Source of the DNA: Rhina ancylostomus
Taxonomy: Eukaryota
Length of the DNA stretch: 64,000 nt
Direction of reading: 5' to 3'
Assembly (NCBI GenBank): GCA_030265395.1
Contig: JARFYF010000029.1
Coordinates: 3,978,224-4,042,223, forward strand
Shown: piece after piece, positions 53,150-64,000 of the stretch
Numbering within the stretch: position 1 is the first letter of the stretch
How the letters are laid out: every line of letters starts with the position of its first letter
Made by a program: the position numbers and the translations under genes
The notes under the pieces: generated by a model
Told to the model about the DNA's origin: nothing
The model's database searches: none
Seen by the model: the letters and a program-made list of their open reading frames with translations, nothing else

Positions 53150-53905
53150 GCCACTCAGTTTAAAAATGCCTCAGCCACTGTCCAAATGTGGATCAAAGAG
53201 CTGCATTCCAGGGTTGAGATGAGAATAATTGCCCTTGACATTAAGGCAGCATTTAACAGTGTGGTATCAGGAAGCTGAATAGAACTGGAATTGGTGGGCA
53301 TCAAGGGGAAAGCGCTTCAATGATTGGAGTCATACCTCGAATAAAAGATGGTTGTGGTTGTTGGAAACAAGTCATCCCATTTCCAGAACATCGCTGCAGT
53401 TTCCTGGAGCAGTGTGCTAGGCCTGACCATCATCCTCTGCCTCATCAATGACCTTTCTTCCATCACAAAGTCCAAAATGAGGATTTTCTGATTGCACAGT
53501 GTTCCATTCCGCTTGTAACTCATAAGCAAATGAACCAGCCCATGCCTGCCAACAGTAAGACTTTGACATTATTCAGTTGTGGACTGATAAGAGGCAAGTA
53601 ACATTCATGCCAGGTAAATGCCAGGCTGTAACCATCTCCAACAAGAGACTGTAAACATTTGTCCCTGACATTCAGTGACATTACAGTTGGGAGCCCCTCC
53701 CAATCAGCATCTTGGGATAACTATTACCCAGGAACTCGGCCAAACTAGCCTCAAACAGGCAACAAGAGTTGGTTAAAACCGGGTACCCTGTGGCAAGTGA
53801 TTCGCTTCCTGACACCTGAAATCCTTTCCACCTTCCACAGAGCATGTCAGGATTGTGATGGAATTGTCTCTACTTGTGTCGATGAGTGAAGCTCCAACAA
53901 ACTTA
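53150..53905 (+). mobile_element. CR1/L2-type LINE RT fragment
   Basis: ALDIKAAF motif (53230), gcagtgtgctaggcc (GSVLGP-like), atcaatgacct (INDL). Confidence 0.8.
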
Positions 53906-53914
53906 AGAACGCAG

Positions 53915-55150
53915 GATGTTACAGCACAGGAATGGGTCCTTCAGCCCATGATGTCGGTGCCAACCATAATGTCAATTTGAACAGCACATCACTTGCACGT
54001 GTCCTGGTCTGTTCACATATCTCTAAATGCCTCTTAAACATGTTATTATATCTGCTTCTACCAGTTCCCGAGGCAGCGTGTTCCAGGCACCCGTTTTTAA
54101 ACAAAAATGATTTTGCCTTGTAAATCTTCTTTAAGCTCCTTCTCCACCACCCCCCACCTCCCACCTTAAGCCATCTAGAATTTCCACCCAAGGAATTTGA
54201 CATGTCAAATTCCACAGGGTGACATTGAAATTTTCGCCTGAGGAAAAGGACTCTAACTACCTACCCTGTCAATGCTGCTTATAATTTTAAATATTTCTAT
54301 CAGCCTCTGCCTCCAATGCTCCAGAGAAAACGTTCCAAGATTGTTGAACCTCTCCATCAGTACACTCTAGACTGGACGGCACCCTGGTAAACCTTTTCTG
54401 TACTCTCTCCAAAGCCTGCACATCAATCCTTTAACGTATTGGCCAGAACTGCACACAAGACTCCAAATGTGGCCTAACCGAAATGTTATACAGCTGCAAC
54501 GTGACTTCCCAACTTTTATACCAATGAGGCAAGCATGCCAAATTTACCATCCTATCTACTTCCGTTGCTACTTTTGGACTTGCACCTCAAGATCCCTTTG
54601 TACATTAATGATCCCGAGGGTCCATTTACTGTGTAGTAAATCCTCTGCATTTGACCTTCTAAAATGCAACAAGTCACATTTGTCCAGATGAAGCTCCATT
54701 TGTCATTTCTCTGCCCACATTTCCAACTGGCCTGTATCCTGCTGAATCCTTTGACAGCCTTCCTCACCATCCACAACTCCACCAATTCTTGTGTTTGCAA
54801 ACTTACTAATCATCCCACCTACATTTTTGTCCAAATCATATTTAGTATAATAAGAATACCACTGGTCACAGACCTCTAGTCACATTAAAACCCCTCTATC
54901 ATTGTCTTCTATGGCTGAGCCAATTTAGAATCCAGTCTACCAAGTCTCTCTGGATTGCATGCACGCTTATCTTCTCGATCAGCCTACCATGAAGTACCTT
55001 GTCAAAAGCTTTACTGAAGTCAGTGCTTACAACATCCACTGCCTGTTCCTCATCAATCATCTTCACCTCAAAATAAACCCAATCAAATTTTAAAGATATG
55101 ACCTCTCCCATACAAAGCCCTGCTAACTATCCCTAATATGCTTTTCCATA
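53915..55150 (-). mobile_element. CR1/HER1-like LINE RT plus 3' end
   Basis: Minus peptide AVDVVSTDFSKAFDKVLHGRLIEK...DWILNWLSHRRQ, a canonical CR1 RT motif. Confidence 0.9.
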
Positions 55151-55799
55151 TGGGAGTAANNNNNNNNNNNNNNNNNNNNNNNNNNNNNNNNNNNCAAGCA
55201 TGGAAAAGTCAGAGTAACATTATGGGTGGATGTAACACAAGATTCAAAAACACCCTGGAGAGGTTTGTAGGTCCCCTAAAATCAACAATGCCAAGGAAGA
55301 AAGGCTTGTGGCTAAGGGAATTCAGTAATGAAGAACTTCAGTCTTCTTGCGGATGGGACAAAACTTGCAAAAGAAGCGTGGTGGAAAAGTTAATTGAATG
55401 CATTTGGGACAGTTTCCTGCAGCAGTTATACAATCAACTTGGTTACAAATTAGTCCTGTCTGAGCTTGTAATGAGGGGTACTCTGGGGAAGTCTGGTCAC
55501 AATGTGGTGATAAATCCGTAAGATGTTCTAGCATAGATCAAGTGGAAACTCATTGAATTCAAATAATACTAATTATTTAGATCACAAGGGGTGTGTTAGT
55601 GTATGCTGTTGGAGACATTAAATTGCAAGCTTTGCCAGGAAACGCATAGTGGCAAATACTTAAATACTTGAAATTGTTCAGCAAGTAAACTTTCCATTGC
55701 GAAATAATAAAACCAAAGGATACTGATCCATTTGTGCCTAACTAAGGTTATCAATAGCATAATATATTCCATCAGAGGCTAATCATTTTGCCCAGATAA

Positions 55800-56300
55800 A
55801 TTGGTAAGTTGGTTTATTATTGTCACATGTACTGAGGTACAGTGAAAAACCTTTGTCTTGCATACTGTCCATACAGATCACATCAGTCCATTGAGGTAGT
55901 GCAAGGGAAAACAATAACAGAATGCAGAATAAAGTGCTCTTGTTACAGAGTGCAGGCAGACAATAAGGTGCAAGGCCATAATGGGGTAGATTGAGGTCAG
56001 GAGTCCATCTTATTGTATAAGGAGACCATTCAGTAGTCTTAAGTGGGATAGAAGCTGTCCTTGAGCCTGGTGGTACGTGCTTTCATACTTCTGCCCGATT
56101 GGTTGGGGGTGAGGGGGGGGTGGGGGAGAAGAAAGAATATTCGGAGTAGGTGGGATCTTTGATTATGTAGGCTGATTTACCAAGGCAGTGGGAAGTGTAG
56201 ACGGAGTCCACGGAGGGGAGGCTGGTTTCCATGATATGCTAAGCTGTGTCCACAGCTCTGCAGTTTCTTGCAGTCTCCAGCAGAGTAGTTGCCGTACCAA
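55800..56300 (-). mobile_element. Nested LINE 3' end (Rex/Babar-like; family uncertain)
   Basis: ttggtttattattgtcacatgtactgaggtacagtgaaaa tail and a well-preserved body, interrupting the older CR1. Confidence 0.55.
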
Positions 56301-57524
56301 ATGAGTAGTAAGCTGATGGATTGAGAGTTTCAGAAACAGCAATGGAATGATAAATATTTGACAGTGAAGACAGAGAGAAAATTATCAGGGAATATAAAAA
56401 AGATTGTCGATGCTTATACATCTGTGCCAAAAAGGAGTATAGCAAAAATGTGGGGCCAGTGGTGACATGGTAAATAATAGAGAATAAAATGCTTGAAGCA
56501 TAAAAATTTTATAGTTGTTTTCATTACATTCAACAAAATAGCAGGTTAAGAGGGAAGCCCACAGTCTGACAGTCAAATCTTCTCATTATGGTATTAATGA
56601 CAAGGCATTTGAAGCTTCAGATTTAAAACCAGACAAATCTCCTGGACTTAAACTCTGGGATTGGGCTCTAAAAGCAGTGGCTGCAAAGATGAATGATGAA
56701 TTTGTGGTGATCTTCCAAAATTCCTTGGGTTCTGTCATAGTCCTGCATTTTGGTAGAAAGCAAATGTAATCCAACCATTTTGGAAAAGTGGGAGAGAGAG
56801 CAAAGAACTGCAGACCAACCAAACCTATCTATTGTCAGCAAACTGGACCACTATTAATCTTAGTAAATGAACGTTACCTGATTCGACCAAACCAACGTGG
56901 TTTGTCAAGCTTGACAGTTTATTGAGAATGTAACTGGTGGAAAATAGAAGTGAGAACCAGTGAATGTAGTACATTTAGATTTTCCAGAAGTATTTTAGTA
57001 CCATATGCAAAGCTGCTGCATGAAATTAAAGGCTTGGTGGTTGAGGGAGAAATGTATGCATGGATAAAGGACGAAAGTGGAGGTCCTTTTAGAGTGGCAG
57101 ACCGTCAGTAATGAGTATCTACGTTTGCTGGCAATGAAGGTGGATAGCCATATGAGCTTTAAGAATGGTGTGAAGAAACTGAAGATATGCAAACTGGGGG
57201 GAAGGTGGCAAATGAAGTGTAATGTGAGATCATGCACTGTAGAAGGACATTTAGAAACATTTTTAACAGTCAAGCTGGTAATGTTGATGTGCTAGTTCAC
57301 AAGATGCAGAAAATGTCCAGGTGTTGGAAACGGTTAGGAAGTGAAATATGCTTATGACAATAAAGGTGTTAGTGAAAAAGTAAGGAGGTTTTGCTGTGAT
57401 TGTACAGAGTTCCAGGGTTTCATTTAAAATATTACATGCATGTGTGGTTTCCTTGTACAAAGTAGGATATGCAGGCTTTGGAGTCAAGTTGTACCAGATG
57501 GATTCCGTTGGATGACATTGACAA

Positions 57525-57680
57525 AAACTATGGATGCTGGAAATCTGGAATAAAAACAGAAAATGGTGGAAACGGGTCAGGCAGCATCTGTGGAAAGAGC
57601 ATGAGTGTTAACATTTCAGGATTAAAAAAGCTTTTATGCAGATGCCGCCTGATGAGTGTTTATCATTTTGATTTTAATCC
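57525..57680. mobile_element. Penelope-derived inverted-repeat element nested in CR1
   Basis: tcaggcagcatctgt ... gcagatgccgcctga inverted pair. Confidence 0.6.
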
Positions 57681-58189
57681 CAAGATGAGTTAAGTGACCT
57701 TTGAGGGGAAATTGTAAAATTGGCCTATACTGGCTGGAATCGAGTGGTGATTTTATTGGAACACAAGCTATTGTGAGGAGTACAGAGTGCCAAAAGACTG
57801 CAGAAACAAGAAATCAAGAGCAGTATCTTGGGTAAGAGATGACCATTTAAGGCTGGTGTAAGAATTTTCTTTATGCAAATCATTAGAACCTTCCATCCTT
57901 GGGGCTGTGGATGTTCAGTCATTGACGTTTTTCAAGGTCGAGATTGATAGATTTTTGGGCACCAAATCTAAGGATTTAGAGTTCAGATGAAAAATGGACA
58001 AGGTACAGCATCAACCATGGTTTTATTGAATGTCAGAGCAGACACAAAGGGCTTTTTTCTGTATCTTCCTCTCATGGCACTCACAAAATTGGTCTGAACA
58101 GCTCTAATTATTTAAAGCTTTCCATCTGGCTTGTGTCACAATACATCAAATGCTCATCCGACTAAGTTAAAATGTAAACAGGATTTTGC

Positions 58190-58560
58190 CTCCATCATGC
58201 CTTCTGGCCCATGAGTTACAAACCTCTATCAACCTTTAGATGATTAAAGCTTTTCATAGCTCCACTCTTTGCCTTAAATCAATGCTGTTCAGGCATTTTG
58301 AGCTCTGACAAGGGAAATGGATCCAGGGCCCTAATAATCTTGTACACCTTAAATTTCCCATCTGCTGTTGCCTCAGAAGAAATTAACCCCTGTTTAATCG
58401 ATTGTTCTTCATAATCTGCCCCCAACTTTGTAAATCTCTTCTGTATCCTTTCTGGAGACATCACCTTGTGGTATAGTGAACAGAACTACACTCAATACTC
58501 CCAGCTGTGGCCGAGTTAGAGCATCATACCATTCCAACATTACCTTCCTTGGATTCTATT
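58190..58560 (-). mobile_element. CR1-type LINE 3' fragment
   Basis: Minus peptide ERIQKRFTKL ... FKVYKIIRALD. Confidence 0.7.
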
Positions 58561-60255
58561 GTTCCACTGTACTCCTTGCAGCATAATGTCCCAGCCTCCA
58601 GTCCTAGCCTGTTGGTTATTCCAGGCTTCCTTAGCTGCAACAGGGAAAACTGAATTGTTGCCTCTGTCCAATTTCTCTGGAATTTTGTGCATCCTTCACT
58701 TTTATTGCTCCTAGTCTACGATGACATTCATACTCCTGAGCACTGACACTTTCCCTGATAGTGCTTTGGCTGTTTTCAGTTTTAACCACGTTTCTGCACA
58801 TTTACATGTTTGTTCAAATCTCCTGATTTGATCAACAGCAGAGCCAGCTTGGCCTTTAACCTCAGTGAAACTGGCATTTATAATAGACTATTTTAAGCTC
58901 AGTGTAATCTTGTGATTTTTGTTGACACCCCAAATGATTGCGTTTGAAATCCAGTTGCTTTGTGTACAGCCTGATGACTAATTGGACAAGGGCAGGCAGA
59001 ATTGACCATTAACAAAGTCACCTGTGAAATGGGACTTAATCTCATTTCAGTGGTTGTACTGTGAACAATTGTGCTTCCATTTCTTTTAACATTGTGAGTG
59101 TTTGGCAGTATTAATACCTGTGAAATGAAAATAGTTTTTTTTAAGAGGAAACTTTTTGATCAGATCAACAAGACTGATGTGGTAATGAAGACAGTGAATT
59201 AATACTCGTTATGCCTGGTGAAAAGGATGGGGGAGGTGAGGGAACAGGCAGGAGAAGAATCCCAACATTCAATTTATCTTAAACCAGCCAACCAGTAGCT
59301 TTGAAGGCCGAACTCTCAAGTGCATTGTTTCCAGCCTAACTATTGCAATGTTATTCACAAAATAGTGGCTAAAAATAAAGACAAGCTGAAATCATTGAGT
59401 AAAAAATGAAGTAGCAGTCAAATCATTTCTGGAGAAGGGTTGTAGGAAGTCTAGCGTAGTTGCTTCTGACAGAGTTCTGCAAATTCTCAGGTGGCCGAAG
59501 GGTTCTGTGTGGAATCTTGTTGCAGGTGGGGCAAGTGGCACAATGGGCCAGGTGGGTGGTTTGAGATATTTGCTGTCTTGTTTGCTCATGATATCCACAT
59601 TACTCAGTACTTTTCCAACTGCTGCACTTCCATTTGGAGTGTCATGGGACATGAGTTGATCAGGTCATTTTTTTTGAGGGATATTCTCAAATATTTTTGT
59701 TTTCTCTGCTCTTGTGGGAAACATCTTGCAGTGATGGAGCTTGGAGAAGAGCACCTGTTTATGGTATCAGGCATACAGGTGACATGTCCTGCCCATGGAG
59801 CTGCTTGAGTGCAGTCAGGACCTCCTGTATTTGCATGGGTGAGGGTGTTGAGGTTTACCCCTCCTGCCAATGAATTTAGAGGATTTTGCCAAGACAACAA
59901 GGGTGATGCTTCACTACTTTGAGGTTCCAGAGCAGATTGTTCAAAGCATGGAAGACGGCAGTGACCACTATTTAGTAGACTTAATGCTGGGCTTAAGTAT
60001 TTAGTTTCCAAGCATACTTTTCCTCAGCTGGCTAAAGTGAGTTTTGTTATTTGTCTGCCTTCTGAGAGGTGGCACCCAAGTTATGGAAAATGATGCATGT
60101 TTTCCAGAGTCTCAGTAGATTTTGATTAGTAGGGGTTGATGTTGTAAGATGGGAGCAGGACAGTAGATAAACTTTTTTATCTTGGTGTAAACCCTATTCT
60201 CCTGCAAGTGAAGAAGTCAAGTGTTGTTCCACTTAATGTAAACAGGTTTACAGTA

Positions 60256-60312
60256 TGTGATGTGTGTGTGTACATATAAGTGTGTGTCTATGTGTGTTTA
60301 TAGTATATATAA
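60256..60312. repeat. Imperfect (TG)n/(TA)n microsatellite
   Basis: tgtgatgtgtgtgtgtacatataagtgtgtgtctatgtgtgt. Confidence 0.6.
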
Positions 60313-61529
60313 AAAAAGATGTAAAGCAAGGTTGTGATGGTGCTGAAGTGGGGCTGATGAAGACTGAACGTGTTCATCTTTTCTGTTCGTCTTTTAAATT
60401 AACTCCACACCTGTGAGAAGTGAGGTGCAGTAATGCTGCAAAGGTAGAAGATGATTGGTGTGCTGGCATAACCATTTTGACCCCAGAATGCACTCATATA
60501 GAGTCGGAAAGATTTGTTGTTTGTGATCATTACTAACATGGTAATGAACGTCTGGAGATGACCAAATTTGAAGATTTCTTCATGACCCATTTCAGTTGAC
60601 AGCACTGAAAGCTTTTTCTTGCTGAGTTTGCAGTTGTTTTATCTTGGGATGAAGATCGTGTCCATTGTATTTGTTCGACAGAATCTGCATTGCAACCCTG
60701 GAAGGAGGTGGATGAGGGTCTTAGTGATGAATTTCCCTGCATGTGGTTCAGGCAGTCAGGCTTTCTCCTTTCTTATCAATGTCTATGGATATTGAATCTC
60801 CAAAACCATGGGCACATTTTCCTCTATCTAGATGACCTCAGTTGTGCCAGAAGTACTTTACTGCTCCGTTTAAGTATTTCTGGAATATCATCTGCTCCAG
60901 TGGCTGCCGCTTGTTTCAGCTTTCATGAATGGAGTTGAGGGCACATGTCGGCCTCTGAGGTCTTCCAAGTGCTCCTTCCAGCCAGTATTGACTTCATGTA
61001 TGCCCCAGCTGAATTCCCCTTCTCTCCCCTTGAAATGTGGTTTATCTAGTCCAAGAATGTAATTTTACAATTAGTTCCCTCACTTCCTGGTTGTTCTCAT
61101 CAAGTTGGTCTCTATCTTCTGGTACAGAAAGCAACAATCCTCATGGGTGCTAATTATGAAGGCTTCACCAGGGCTGTGCACAGTGCAATTCTTAGATGGG
61201 AATTATCATCTTATTTGAAAGAGATTTTTTTTCCCTAAAACATTGTTTCTGGTGTCAGGCATGCAGGTTCCTACATTTCTGCTGTTGAGAAAGAACAGAG
61301 GGGTTGGGATTCCAATATTGAATACTGGCACATCTTTGTCTGCATTATTAATGGGAGTTGATGCAGCTTCCTAAAACTATCTTCCATTTGTCTTGATGTT
61401 TATTTTCAACCAGTTAGCAGTATGCCAGGGTGAAAACAGGCTAACCTGCTCCTCTTCCAATTGCAGCTTGAGTTCTGACCTGTGTGCAGGGTTAGTGAGT
61501 TTTCTGTTTGTTCACAGGATGTGAATGTT

Positions 61530-61850
61530 GCTGACAATGCTGACAGTAATTGTCCATCATTTAATTGCCCTTGAACTGAGCCAACCACATTGGTGGACCT
61601 GGAGTTGCATATGGGCCAAATTAGGCAAGGAAGCAAATTTCCTCGCCGCAAAACATTAATGAACTAGATCTGTTTTGTGAGAACCAGGTAGTAACATAAC
61701 TGGTTTAATGAGGTGAACTCATTTCTTAAAAAAACATTTATTTAATTGAATTTGAATTTTGCTAGTTGCCATCATATTCAAGTTGTGCCTCTGGATCAGT
61801 GGTCCAGGACTCCAGCTGTTGGTCCAGTAACTTGACCAATTACACTCCAG
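61530..61850. mobile_element. Interspersed repeat (SINE or LINE tail)
   Basis: taattgcccttgaactgag...ggacctggagttgcatatgggcca...aacattaatgaactaga resembles a common chondrichthyan repeat (from memory). Confidence 0.45.
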
Positions 61851-62748
61851 AACTGGGATTGAAGCAATAATGGTGTTGACAGTGAGGTTAACATTGGGGC
61901 CACCTTTGAAGGATTTCCAAAGCTCTACTCATTTATTCTCTTATTCTCTCATTCTCTGAGTGGGAAGGAGGTAGAAAATTCAATTGGCAGAATCTCCAGT
62001 TCATTGTCGAGGATTACAAATTTGAACTGGATGTGCTTGGATTAGGTGCATAGCAGTTTGTTATAGACTTGCTGGTATGTAGCTTGCTATGCTGTTGAGC
62101 ACAGACTAATTGTATTCTCACAAATTAGTTGGGCCTGTAAAAGTAGATAAAGTTAGGTGTTGATCATTTTGAACTAATCTGTTGAGCGCACATGTTAAGA
62201 ATTGCACAGTGAGTACAGTGATTTCAGATTGCTTTTGGCACATGAATGAGTTGCAGATGTATTGGTTAAGTAAACTGAAATCTTAATGGGCTGGGTGTAG
62301 TTGGAACTGGTGAGCACTTGTATGGATTTTAAAAGGCAGAATGCACACTAAGTCAAGGTATCGCGTATGGTCTTGTGTGGTTGAGTAGAGAAAGCATGTG
62401 ATCTCTGGGTCTGAAGTTTAGAGAACGGACATGGGCCTTGTGATTGAGATGGGATTCTGAGGATGCTGAAGACCACTGAAATGCAGTGTGGACCAGCAAG
62501 TAACCATTGGTACAGAAATAGAACTGTTGCTTTGAATAAAAGCAAAAATGAGGGTTCCATATTTATAAGGGAAATTTGAGTGTATGCAAACTCAACCTAG
62601 GCAGAGTCACTTTATGCATGTGAACAGATTGTTAAATATGTTGTATCCCCTTAAGTGGCATGGAGTCAAGACCAATAAAATCCAAAACTTATCTGGCAAT
62701 GCCCAGTTAATTTTTGTTTTTCCTTTTATTTTATTTTATTTTTTTCAG

Positions 62749-62953
62749 ACAGCGGCAGTAATGTGGCAAGTTTAAATGTGAAAGAGTGGCAGGATGGTCT
62801 ACGGGCACTGTTACCAAATATTAACATCAATTTTGGGGGACTACCAAATGCTGCTTCCTGCTCTTCAGTGAACCATGCAGCAACAACCTCAGCCAACAGC
62901 ACCAGCCTGAACTGGGAGAGTGGGAGTAGCTGGATGGACCCAGCAATTATAAC
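62749..62953 (+). CDS. CNOT4: CNOT4 exon 11 (3' end truncated by N-gap)
   Basis: Long T-rich tract ttttcag|AC; (D)SGSNVASLNVKEWQDGLRALLPNININFGGLPNAASCSSVNHAATTSANSTSLNWESGSSWMDPAII(T); donor expected at about 62956, inside N 62954-62967. Confidence 0.94.
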
Positions 62954-63687
62954 NNNNNNNNNNNNNNGATCATCTCCATTCAGCTCACTCCTTTACCCCT
63001 GTACCAACCCAGCTGGGATCCAGTGGTTCAGATATGAACTGCATCCAAATTAAGAAGCAATACTGATTGGCAGAATCAACATTGATATTGATTTTTCAGT
63101 TTTGAAATCAATAGGCATGGGATCTTTTTCCATAATTTCAGGGACTGTGTGTAAGTAGAGTTCCAGGTTTTGTTTTTACCCCTCTTTTGATATATTTTCT
63201 CTGATTTGCACTGTTGGACAGTAACTACTGCACAGGTTAAACCAGTTTAAAGGCAGATCTTAATGAATCTCAGATTGACCTGAGAGGTTCTTTGGCTCAG
63301 ACTTGGGGAATCTATTACAGTGTTGGGACGTTGATCACTTGGGTTACAGTGGAGAGTGCTGGAAAGTTTTTACGTACACTTGATTTTGCCATTCCAAACG
63401 TGCTGTAGATGGGGAGCATTTTGAATTGATTTGACAGACCTGCTTGTTTCAGCTGTCACAAGTAGGGCAAGTGATGAATTCAGTCAGTGTCGTTACTTGG
63501 TGTTCTCTGTAATGCTCCTAAAATGCATTTTCCTTTCGTTTTTTTCATTGGCAACATTGCCTCAACTCGCCAGCAGAAATTGATCCGCAAATGAAGTAAA
63601 TCCTAACTATAGTTATCCCTTCAAATAAATCTCAGCCTTTTCTGCACAAAGGGTATAGAAAGCTCTGAAAATAAAAAGGAAAACTTC

Positions 63688-63862
63688 ATGTGCTGGGAAT
63701 CTGAAATAAAAACAGAAAATGCTGGAAACACTCAGCAGGCCAGGCAGTGTCTGTGGATGGGGAAGCAGTTAATGTTCCCAGTTGAAGACCCTCTTTGACT
63801 TGGAATATTTGCTTTGTTTCTCTTTCCTCTGCAGCCAGCCAGCCAGCCAGCTGAGTGTTTAG
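63688..63862. mobile_element. Penelope-derived inverted-repeat element with a (CAGC)n tract
   Basis: tgaaataaaaacagaaaatgctggaaacactcagc ... gctgagtgttt; same head as the 13855, 52350 and 57525 copies. Confidence 0.65.
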
Positions 63863-64000
63863 AAAACTATTTGAACCGGCAGAGGATAACTGATTTGAAT
63901 TTAGGCTTGGGTTAATATACTGCAGTATTCAGTCCTTCAACCTCTCTGAAAAGACCTGAAGGATTGAGGTTATAGGACAGATTAACATTGCAATTTAATG

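Larger units (their letters stand above)
55200..58050 (+). mobile_element. Long, heavily decayed CR1-type LINE with nested inserts
   Basis: Scattered ORF2 remnants in order (IECIWDSFLQQ, DKSPGL, gtgatcttccaaaattcc, gtggcaaatgaagtgtaatgtga, tcaaggtcgagattgatagattttt). Confidence 0.6.

Noticed and set aside
60350-60395. CTGATGA followed by a hairpin (tgaac-gt-gttca)
   Set aside because: No GAAA after the stem, so it is not a hammerhead.

Overview
Eukaryotic (vertebrate) genomic DNA, almost certainly from a cartilaginous fish; the repeat content suggests a ray or shark, but I cannot assign a species. The whole window lies inside one + strand gene, CNOT4 (CCR4-NOT subunit 4, RING E3 ligase). I traced 11 coding exons by GT-AG splice sites and reading frame, from the ATG at 2641 to an exon whose donor is hidden in an N-gap at about 62955. 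The non-coding first exon and the last coding exon lie outside the window. Introns are filled with decayed CR1/L2-type, RTE and Rex-like LINEs, V-SINE/HE1-like SINEs and Penelope-derived inverted-repeat elements, plus many assembly gaps. Most short ORFs in the supplied track are noise or repeat fragments. Best leads: (1) a CpG-retaining module just after exon 10 with a perfect TACTAAC branch point, a 64-nt micro-intron and a stop-containing candidate poison or terminal exon; (2) at least 8 decayed minimal hammerhead-ribozyme motifs in Penelope-derived elements; (3) a 9-nt tandem donor at exon 7; (4) a 156-nt in-frame extra exon with a DAWPSL motif. I found no wholly new protein-coding system. 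Repeat boundaries and family names are approximate, read by eye, and comparisons to human CNOT4 are from memory.
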